Origin: Sinorhizobium meliloti
Lineage (GTDB): Bacteria > Pseudomonadota > Alphaproteobacteria > Rhizobiales > Rhizobiaceae
Assembly: GCF_017876815.1 (NCBI RefSeq)
Contig: NZ_JAGIOS010000002.1
Location: forward strand, 1,140,001-1,172,000
Direction: 5' to 3'
Length of the DNA: 32,000 bases
Shown here: positions 25,268 through 32,000 of the stretch, one piece after another
Position numbering within the stretch: position 1 is the first letter of the stretch
Layout: the number at the start of each line of letters is the position of its first letter
Program-made: the position numbers and the translations under genes
Notes under the pieces: generated by a model
Database searches by the model: none
What the model was told of the DNA's origin: nothing
What the model saw: the letters and a program-made list of their open reading frames with translations, nothing else

Positions 25268-26317
25268 TCAGGCGATCACGTGGACATCCTCGGCGCGCCA
25301 GGTCACGTGGCATTCGGAAATGCCTTCGAGCCTGCGCGCATCGGCGCCGGGGACCCGCATGCGGATTGGCTGCGTGCCGAGCTTTCCGATGACGAGCAGG
25401 TTGTCGCCATAGTTGATCGTGCTGTCGATCTTCAGCGGCTGGCGTCCGTCCTGTGAGGTTTCGGCGATGCGGATCATTTCAGGTCTCAGCAGCAGATCGG
25501 CCCGGCGGTTGCGGTCCGCTTGGCGGCTCCGCGCCTCGACGATCCCGACCGGCGTGTCGAACCTTCCGTTGCCCAGCGAGGAGGCCTCGATGAGGTTGCT
25601 GTCGCCGATGAAGGATGCGACGAAGCGGGTCTTCGGCGCGCGGTAGATCTCGTTCGGCGTGCCGACCTGTTCGATCCGGCCCTGATTGAAGACGGCGATC
25701 CGGTCTGACATGGTCATGGCCTCCGACTGGTCGTGGGTGACATAGACCATGGTGACGCCGAGGTCCTTGTGGATGCGCTTCAGTTCCACCTGCATGTGCT
25801 CGCGCAGCGCCTTGTCGAGGGCGCCGAGCGGCTCGTCGAGCAGAATGATGTCCGGTTCGAAGACGAGAGCACGGGCAAGCGCCACGCGCTGCTGCTGCCC
25901 GCCGGAGAGTTCGGCGGGCACGCGCCCTTCGAAACCCTGAAGCCCGACCTTGGCCAGTGCCTCGCGGCAACGGCGCTCCTTGTCTTGCTTGGCGACGCCG
26001 CGCATGCGCAGCGGAAATCCCACATTGTCGGCGACCGTCATGTGCGGGAAGAGCGCATAGTTCTGAAAGACCATGCCGATATTGCGCTTGTGCGGCGGCA
26101 GGTTGTCGATCGCGCGTTCGCCGAGGCGGATCTCGCCGCTTGTCGGGTGCTGGAAGCCGGCGATCATCATCAGCGTCGTCGTCTTGCCGGAGCCGGAGGG
26201 GCCGAGGAAGGAGACGAACTCGCCGGCCTTGATGTCGAGCGAAACGTCGTCGGCAGCCATATGCCTGCCGTCATAGGTCTTGGTGATGTTGCGAAGGGTG
26301 AGGGAACGGGCAATCAT
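25268..26317 (-). CDS. ABC transporter ATP-binding protein (PotA/PotG-like)
   Basis: Walker A GPSGSGKTT, signature LSGGQQQRVALARAL, Walker B ILLDEPLGALD, and a C-terminal TOBE-like region. Confidence 0.93.
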   Translation of the reverse strand: MIARSLTLRNITKTYDGRHMAADDVSLDIKAGEFVSFLGPSGSGKTTTLMMIAGFQHPTSGEIRLGERAIDNLPPHKRNIGMVFQNYALFPHMTVADNVGFPLRMRGVAKQDKERRCREALAKVGLQGFEGRVPAELSGGQQQRVALARALVFEPDIILLDEPLGALDKALREHMQVELKRIHKDLGVTMVYVTHDQSEAMTMSDRIAVFNQGRIEQVGTPNEIYRAPKTRFVASFIGDSNLIEASSLGNGRFDTPVGIVEARSRQADRNRRADLLLRPEMIRIAETSQDGRQPLKIDSTINYGDNLLVIGKLGTQPIRMRVPGADARRLEGISECHVTWRAEDVHVIA

Positions 26318-26332
26318 GGCTATGCTCCAAAA

Positions 26333-27163
26333 TCAGGATGCCGCGGCGGCCGGCTCGGCTGCGCCGTTGCCGTCGGCCTGGCCCAGAGGGCGCGTGCGGC
26401 GGCGCACGAGTTGCGGCGCGAGCCAGATGCAGACGCCGGCGAGAACGAGCAGGAATAGAAAGGACGAGGCGGCGGAGATGGTCGGATCCGCCTCCTGGCG
26501 GACGGCGTTGAACATCTGGCGCGGCAAGGTCGCCTTGTCGCGGCCGGAGATGAAGAGGGCGATGACGGCCTCATCGAAGGATGCGATGAAGGCGAAGAGC
26601 CCGGCGACGGTGAAGGCCGGCCGCAGGATCGGAAAGGTGATCAGCCGGAAGGTCGCAAACGGCGAAGCTCCGAGGTTCATCGCGGCGCGCTCCACCGAGC
26701 GGTCGAAGCCCTTGAGCGCCGCGGTCAGGATCAGCGTCGACATCGGCAGGGCGATGCAGCTGTGGGCGAGAATCACGCCGAGATAGCTCTGAACCAGCCG
26801 GAGCTGCCCGAAATAGATGTAGTAGCCGAGCGCCATGACGATGGTGGGCACGATCATCGGCAGCATGATCAGAAGGTTAAAGACCGTGCGCCCGATGAAC
26901 ACGTGCCGCACCAGGGTGAAAGAGGCCGGAACGGCGACGAGCATCGTCACGCAGACCGTGCCGAAGCCGATCAGCAGGCTGTTGGTCAACGGCTGCGTCC
27001 AGTTCGGGTCGGAGAAGAAGTTGACGTAGTTCTGAAGCGTATAGCCGGGCGGCGGGAAGGCAAGCGACGCGGCCGAGCTGAAGGACATCGGAATGACGAT
27101 GAACATCGGCGCCGCGACGAAGGCGGCGATCAGAATTGCCAGAGAACGGATCCAGACGCTCAT
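26333..27163 (-). CDS. ABC transporter permease (PotC/PotI-like)
   Basis: 6 TMs, EAA loop ERAAMNLGASPFATFRLITFPILRPA, and an ATGA overlap with the upstream permease. Confidence 0.9.
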   Translation of the reverse strand: MSVWIRSLAILIAAFVAAPMFIVIPMSFSSAASLAFPPPGYTLQNYVNFFSDPNWTQPLTNSLLIGFGTVCVTMLVAVPASFTLVRHVFIGRTVFNLLIMLPMIVPTIVMALGYYIYFGQLRLVQSYLGVILAHSCIALPMSTLILTAALKGFDRSVERAAMNLGASPFATFRLITFPILRPAFTVAGLFAFIASFDEAVIALFISGRDKATLPRQMFNAVRQEADPTISAASSFLFLLVLAGVCIWLAPQLVRRRTRPLGQADGNGAAEPAAAAS

Positions 27164-28011
27164 CGGTCACCTCCTGCCCAAAGCCGGTCGAGGCCGAAGA
27201 AGCGGTTGTAGAGCGCATAGACCGCGAGCGTCAGCGCCAGAAGCACGATCGAAATCGCCGAGCCGAGGCCGAAGTCGAGGGTCTGCTCGATCTGGTCTCC
27301 TATGATGCCGGCGATCATCTGGTCGCGTGGGCTCCCGAGCAGGACGGGCATGACATAGAAGCCGAGACAGGTGATGAAGACGAGCGTGCAACCATTGACG
27401 ATGCCGGGCGCGCTCAGCGGCAGATAGACGGAGACGAAGGCGCGAAACGGGTGCGCGCCGAGATTTTCCGCAGCGCGGACATAGAGCGGGTCGATCCGTT
27501 TCATCACGGCGAAGAGCGACATGGTCATGAAAGGAATAAGGGCGTGGGTCATGGCGAGGGTGGCACTGAAGGTGGTGAACAGGATCTTCGGCGTGGGGTC
27601 CCAACCGAACCAAGAGAGGAGCGCCGTCACCGGCCCCTGATTGCCGAGGATGACCATCCAGGCATAGGTGCGCACCAGATAGCTGGTCCAGAAGGAGAGC
27701 GCGACGACCGTCAGCAGGAAGGTCGCAAAGCGCTTCGAGCCGTTCGCCGCGGCATAGGCGAGCGGATAGGCGAAGAGAAGGCTCAGCAGCGTTACCAGGA
27801 GCGCCGTCTTGAACGTGTTGTAAAGGACCGAGGCGAACAGACTGGAATTCAGCAGCCGGCCGAAATTCTGCAATCCGATCACCGGCTGCGATAGGCTCAT
27901 CCAGACCACGTAGCCAAGCGGAACGAGAAAGAAGAGCGCAAGGAAGATCACCGCCGGAGCCATCAGCGGCATGGGCCCTTCCACGAGGACCGGGGACGTC
28001 CGGAGTTTCAT
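27160..28011 (-). CDS. ABC transporter permease (PotB/PotH-like)
   Basis: 6 TMs, EAA loop RAAENLGAHPFRAFVSVYLPLSAPG, and AAGGAG SD. Confidence 0.9.
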   Translation of the reverse strand: MKLRTSPVLVEGPMPLMAPAVIFLALFFLVPLGYVVWMSLSQPVIGLQNFGRLLNSSLFASVLYNTFKTALLVTLLSLLFAYPLAYAAANGSKRFATFLLTVVALSFWTSYLVRTYAWMVILGNQGPVTALLSWFGWDPTPKILFTTFSATLAMTHALIPFMTMSLFAVMKRIDPLYVRAAENLGAHPFRAFVSVYLPLSAPGIVNGCTLVFITCLGFYVMPVLLGSPRDQMIAGIIGDQIEQTLDFGLGSAISIVLLALTLAVYALYNRFFGLDRLWAGGDR

Positions 28012-28029
28012 GACATTGCTCCTTTACCC

Positions 28030-28092
28030 TCGGATAGGGTCTCCGTCGCGGACGGCGGGTACCGGCGCAGGCATTGCCGGCACCCTATCCGA
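28030..28092 (-). repeat. Nested-hairpin intercistronic element (11-bp outer stem enclosing two inner hairpins)
   Basis: TCGGATAGGGT (28030-28040) pairs with ACCCTATCCGA (28082-28092). Inside are CCGTC-gcg-GACGG and GCCGGC-N9-GCCGGC. A further CTCCGG/CCGGAG hairpin lies at 28104-28130. Confidence 0.45.
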
Positions 28093-28136
28093 TAGATTGC
28101 ATTCTCCGGCCGCACTTACCGGGACCGGAGCGCGGC

Positions 28137-29210
28137 TTAGATGCCGACCCAGCTTTCGAAGCGGGTGGAAAGCTCGTCAAGCTGGGGCAGCAGCTTCGCC
28201 CCGTCCAGCATGACGGCCCGGGCGAGGTGCTCCGGATGGGTCGGCATTCTGGCCGCGACCTCGGCGGGAATGAAATCGAAGGATTTCGGGTTCATCGGGC
28301 CGTTCTGGTCGGCAATGCAGAACTTCGCCAGTCCCTCCGCATTCTGGCCGATATGGCTGATCAGCTTGAAGCCGTTTTCGGCACGCGGGCTGTCTTTGGC
28401 GACGATCCAGCAGGCCTTGTCGACGACGGCCTGGTCCCAGACGATCTCGATCGGATCCTTAGAAGCCTCCTTGGCGCCGAAAGCGTCGCTGTCCCAGAGC
28501 CCCGCCATGTCCACCTCGCCGTCGGTCAGAATCTGGCGCGCCTGCGGCCCTGCCGTCCACCAGACGCGGACGTGGTCCTTGATCCGGTCGAGCGAGGCGA
28601 AGGCGCGGTCGAGGTCATAGGGAAAGAGCTGGTCGGCCGGAACGCCATCGGCAAGCAGCGCGATCGCAAGGACGCGGGCGGCGTGACGCTGCAGGCTGCG
28701 GTTACCCGGAAACTTCTCGACATTGAAGAAGTCGGACCAGTTCTTGAAGCCTTCCGGGAATTTCGCGGCATTGTAGGCCATCTGTGTGGCAAAGCCATGC
28801 GTTGCCAGCCCATTTTGGTAGATGGCGCCTTCCCAAAGCTTGGAGGTGTCGACGTGACCCTCCAGCGTCTCGAGGAGGCCGGCGCCATTGGCGCGCGCGA
28901 CATCGGCGACGCCGAGCGTGGTCACGTCGAATTCGTAGACGCCCGTCGTCTTCTGCGCTGCGAGCTTGGCGAAGGAAATCGGCGAGACGGTACGGATCTC
29001 TATTCCCGTATCCTTCGTGAAGGGCCCGAACAGGAACTTTTTGACGGATGCCTCCCAGTCGCCACCCCAGGTGTTGACGTAGAGGACGTTTTCCTCCGCG
29101 CTGGCGCGCCGGATGTAAGGTGAGGCCAGCATTGCGGCCCCGAAAAGCCCGGCGCCGAGAACTTTGCGCCGCGATAGCGGCGTGGCTGATGCTTTCTTGA
29201 ACATTTCCAT
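28137..29210 (-). CDS. ABC transporter periplasmic substrate-binding protein (PotD/PotF-like, family 1), Tat-type signal
   Basis: AAGGAGAA SD. N-terminus: MEMFKKASATPLSRRKVLGAGLFGAAMLASPYIRRASA, with a twin-arginine SRRKVL. Confidence 0.9.
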   Translation of the reverse strand: MEMFKKASATPLSRRKVLGAGLFGAAMLASPYIRRASAEENVLYVNTWGGDWEASVKKFLFGPFTKDTGIEIRTVSPISFAKLAAQKTTGVYEFDVTTLGVADVARANGAGLLETLEGHVDTSKLWEGAIYQNGLATHGFATQMAYNAAKFPEGFKNWSDFFNVEKFPGNRSLQRHAARVLAIALLADGVPADQLFPYDLDRAFASLDRIKDHVRVWWTAGPQARQILTDGEVDMAGLWDSDAFGAKEASKDPIEIVWDQAVVDKACWIVAKDSPRAENGFKLISHIGQNAEGLAKFCIADQNGPMNPKSFDFIPAEVAARMPTHPEHLARAVMLDGAKLLPQLDELSTRFESWVGI

Positions 29211-29315
29211 TCGTGGTTCTCCTTGATGTCGAATGGTCGTCTGTCTGCTATTCCCGTGGCCGCTCGCCTAAAGCGGCGGCTCTTCTTGTTCTTTGAATTC
29301 GGATTTTGGATCCGG

Positions 29316-30287
29316 TCAGTTCGGCCGGAAGACCTCCGCGTAGAGGCGGAGCCAGTTGCCCCGGAGGATCTTGTTCGCCTCCTCCTGATTGAAGCCGACG
29401 CGCAGCAGGGCCGGGGCCACGTCCTGTAGGCTTTCCGGCTTGAGCAGCCATTCCGGTTTCGCCACGGCGCCAGGCCGTTGAGGCGAGCCGGCACCGTACT
29501 GGACCGAGCGGGTCCAGCGGCCCTTGCGCATCCAGTCGTAGTCGCGCGGGGTGTGGTTGTGCGAAATGTCGGTGCCGATGCCGACATGGTCGATGCCGGC
29601 GATGTCGACGGTGCGGGCAACCATCTCACACCAGCCGTCGACGGTGGCGCAGGCAGCATCGGGCGTTATGTTGCGATAGGCGACGCAACCGATGACCCCG
29701 CCGCGCACGGCAAGGGCTTTGATCACCTTGTCGGACTTGTTACGCTTATGCGCGAAGAGCGAAGCGGCATTGGCATGGGTGATCGCAACGGGCTTTTCCG
29801 ACCACTCGATGGCGTCGAGCGTGGTCCGGTCGCCGACATGGGAGAGATCGACCAGCATGCCGACGCGGTTCATTTCCCGCACGACATCGCGGCCGAAGCG
29901 GGCAAGCCCGCTGTCGTTCTCCTCGTAGCAGGAGCCGCCGAGTTCGTTCTGGTTGTTGTAGGTCAGCTGCACGACGCGCACGCCCAGTTCGGCGAAGAAT
30001 TCGACGAAGGCGATGCGATCCTCGAAGAGGTTGGAATTCTGGTAGCCGAGCACGACCGCCAGCTTTCCCTCCCTTTCGGCGCGCTCGATATCGGCGGCCG
30101 TTCTGGCGATAAGGATGAGGTCCGCGTTGTCACGCTCCATGTCTCGCCAGCGGGCAAGCGAGTCGAGAGACTCCATCGTCCCTTCCCAGAAACCGAGCGT
30201 CGGCGTCACCGCGCTGTAGCCGCCCCGCCGCAGCGCCTCGAAGGACTCGCGGTTAAAATGTCCGCATTGAAGTGCATCGATGATCAT
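29316..30287 (-). CDS. Peptidase M19 (membrane/renal dipeptidase) family homologue, divergent metal site
   Basis: Family blocks: VRVVQLTYNNQNELGG, MLVDLSHVGDRT, KPVAITHANA, HVGIGTDISH. The N-terminus reads IIDALQCGHFN instead of the canonical IDGHND. Confidence 0.85.
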   Translation of the reverse strand: MIIDALQCGHFNRESFEALRRGGYSAVTPTLGFWEGTMESLDSLARWRDMERDNADLILIARTAADIERAEREGKLAVVLGYQNSNLFEDRIAFVEFFAELGVRVVQLTYNNQNELGGSCYEENDSGLARFGRDVVREMNRVGMLVDLSHVGDRTTLDAIEWSEKPVAITHANAASLFAHKRNKSDKVIKALAVRGGVIGCVAYRNITPDAACATVDGWCEMVARTVDIAGIDHVGIGTDISHNHTPRDYDWMRKGRWTRSVQYGAGSPQRPGAVAKPEWLLKPESLQDVAPALLRVGFNQEEANKILRGNWLRLYAEVFRPN

Positions 30288-30300
30288 CGTCGTTTCCAGC

Positions 30301-31029
30301 TCAGTTATTGATTACGGTCGTGCCGTGCTGTGCGGCGCCGGCGATCAGCAGTGAGAGGTCCGTCTCGTCCTCGTCCTGCCGGCCGATGACCTTGCCGTCG
30401 GCCTCGACGATGATCGGACCGGCGTGGCGGCGCGACACGTAGGAATCCGGCGCGAGCGCTTCGGCGGACCGGTGGAACAGCTGCCACCAGAGAGCCGCAT
30501 CGACGGTCAGCCCGTTGCGCCGGATTCTTTCGAGAACCGTCACATCCATTCCCTTCCGGGCGGGCGAGACGACGATCTCGGCAGAGCCGGCTGTCTCGTC
30601 GATGGCGACCTCAGCTTGCAGTCGAAAACGCTGCGCAAGAGCCTCGACAACCCTCAGTTCGCCGATTTCGGTGGCGCTACGGACCTCGACCCTCCCCGAA
30701 CCCTGCGTGCGCAGACGCTCCGCTGCGAGATCGAGCACCGCATCGGCGGCGATCCACGCGTGCTGCCCGCCGCAGTCGACAGTTAGGCGTTCGGCGTCCG
30801 CTGTTAGGCTCAGCGCATGCGGATTTGCCGATCGCACCGCCTCGAGGTTGTGAGCCAGGCGGCCGAAGCCGCCGAGGCCGAGCGCTGCGGAATAAAGGGC
30901 GCAATCCCTGAGCGAGGGCACGAGGCCCGCGTCGAGCCGCGTGACCTGTATCAACCGCTCGAAGACCATCCGCAGTTCGCGAAGGCTGACAGTGAGGTTC
31001 GAAGGAAGGTTGGACTGGCAGGAACTCAT
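30301..31029 (-). CDS. Hypothetical soluble protein (242 aa), no recognised motif
   Basis: Start at MSSCQSNL, which overlaps the upstream stop as ATGA. GC3 is high, no TM segment is present, and the stop lies 13 nt before the M19 gene start. Confidence 0.65.
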   Translation of the reverse strand: MSSCQSNLPSNLTVSLRELRMVFERLIQVTRLDAGLVPSLRDCALYSAALGLGGFGRLAHNLEAVRSANPHALSLTADAERLTVDCGGQHAWIAADAVLDLAAERLRTQGSGRVEVRSATEIGELRVVEALAQRFRLQAEVAIDETAGSAEIVVSPARKGMDVTVLERIRRNGLTVDAALWWQLFHRSAEALAPDSYVSRRHAGPIIVEADGKVIGRQDEDETDLSLLIAGAAQHGTTVINN

Positions 31030-32000
31030 AGGCTCGGCTCCGAAGGGTAGAACCACAGGTCGTCGGCGCTGCCGGCGGCAATGTCTTCCGGAACAGGCGC
31101 GCCGTGGAACAGAACGCCGCGCAGGTTGCGGTCGAGGAAATCGCGGGTCTTGTCGATGCCGTGGATGCCGACATTGAGAAGGCGGGTGATATGAGCCGGG
31201 GTGAAGGCTCCGCTCATGATGTCGGCATGCGGCGAGTGGAGGCCGGTGCCGGCAAGCGCCTGCACGCGCGTGGCGATCGCCCGGTGTTGGGGATGCGCAA
31301 GCAGGAAGCGGGCCGTGCTGAGGGTCGGATCGGCGGCGGCGAGGTCGCGGTCGAGGGCAACCACGAGCCGTGGCAGGTCGAGGCCGAGATTGACGACGTT
31401 GTCGCCGACTTCCGCAGCGGGGCCGCGGCGCGGCTCCTCGGCGGACACCGATTTGTACCAGACGTATCGCATTGCGGACTCGATATCGAGGTCGAGTCCG
31501 AAAGCCCAGGCGTAGTCATTTCTCAGGATCTCGCGCAGCCGGGCGACCGGCATTTCCGGCCGGCCCGTCAGCTCTTCATCGATGACGAGGCCTTCCACGA
31601 GCTGGTCGGCCTCTTCGGCGACGAGCTCTATGAGGAGGGAATGGAGGGTTTCCATGGCTTCCGCATGGACGCGGCACTCGAGGGACGCAGCAAGCTCGGC
31701 AAAGGGCTCGCTTTCGAAACGGCTGCCGCTCTGCCAGCGGGCAAGCAAATTCGCAACGGCGTCGCGGATCACGCCGAGTTCCCGCGCCACGACATCGGAG
31801 CGCGTGACGTTCTCGTACTGCACGCGGTCCTCGGACCGGAAGGTTATCGCCTTGTCGACAAGGCTCAGCAGTTTGGCAATCTCCGAGCCCGCTTCGTCCG
31901 GTGTGAGCGCCTTGGCACGTGCGATCGCCTCCTCGCGGATGAACAGCCATCGCTCGATCAGGCGCGGGTGATTGTTGACGAAGAGCATCAGGCCAAGCGC
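31026..32000 (-). CDS. Hypothetical soluble protein, 5' partial (at least 324 aa in window), no recognised motif
   Basis: The frame is open to the window edge (ALGLMLFVNNHPRL...), and there is no SD before the Met at 31988. The product is acidic and helical-looking with coding-like GC3. Confidence 0.7.
   Translation of the reverse strand, partial: ALGLMLFVNNHPRLIERWLFIREEAIARAKALTPDEAGSEIAKLLSLVDKAITFRSEDRVQYENVTRSDVVARELGVIRDAVANLLARWQSGSRFESEPFAELAASLECRVHAEAMETLHSLLIELVAEEADQLVEGLVIDEELTGRPEMPVARLREILRNDYAWAFGLDLDIESAMRYVWYKSVSAEEPRRGPAAEVGDNVVNLGLDLPRLVVALDRDLAAADPTLSTARFLLAHPQHRAIATRVQALAGTGLHSPHADIMSGAFTPAHITRLLNVGIHGIDKTRDFLDRNLRGVLFHGAPVPEDIAAGSADDLWFYPSEPSL

Noticed and set aside
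1-32000. Searched by eye for CRISPR repeats, IS or transposase genes, integrases, tRNA/rRNA genes, toxin-antitoxin pairs, long direct repeats and compositional islands.
   Set aside because: None was found. Apart from short AT-rich patches at 5440-5480 and 12986-13030, composition and codon bias look uniform, so there is no evidence that the window is a recently acquired island.

Overview
The window is a high-GC segment that looks alphaproteobacterial, probably Rhizobiaceae. That assignment is inferred from composition, CTTGAC-type promoters and gene content, and no database search was possible. It is densely coding: I support 31 CDS in about 7 transcription blocks, many joined by 4-nt ATGA stop/start overlaps. 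I found no rRNA, tRNA, CRISPR array, transposase, integrase or phage gene.

Gene blocks, in order:
1. + strand, 2-3234: a signalling operon of a hybrid histidine kinase (5' partial), a single-domain receiver, and an H-box + receiver + class III adenylate cyclase protein.
2. + strand, 3351-5418: two overlapping uncharacterised envelope proteins.
3. - strand, 5506-6303: a 6-TM K+ channel with a C-terminal zinc ribbon.
4. - strand, 6430-11748: an AfuABC/FbpABC-type ABC importer followed by an inositol-monophosphatase-family gene, with a divergent LacI regulator at 11927-12931.
5. 12932-13426: a 495-bp non-coding gap between convergent genes.
6. 13427-17200: a TetR regulator divergent from a MacAB/DevBCA-like efflux operon (adaptor, FtsX permease, ATPase).
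7. - strand, 21334 down to 17245: a GntR-TRAP(DctPQM)-RpiB operon.
8. - strand, from beyond 32000 down to 21538: an 11-gene catabolic block. It runs two unknown proteins, an atypical M19 dipeptidase homologue, a PotDBCA-like importer, a class III aminotransferase, an aldehyde dehydrogenase and two tandem RidA paralogues.

The least explained parts are:
- the two unknown genes plus the divergent M19 gene at the head of the catabolic block;
- the phosphorelay ending in a cyclase, and the envelope-protein pair after it;
- the oversized convergent intergenic gap with an orphan terminator.

Nothing here resembles a known defence or mobile system. All family names come from motif recognition by eye and need HMM/BLAST confirmation.
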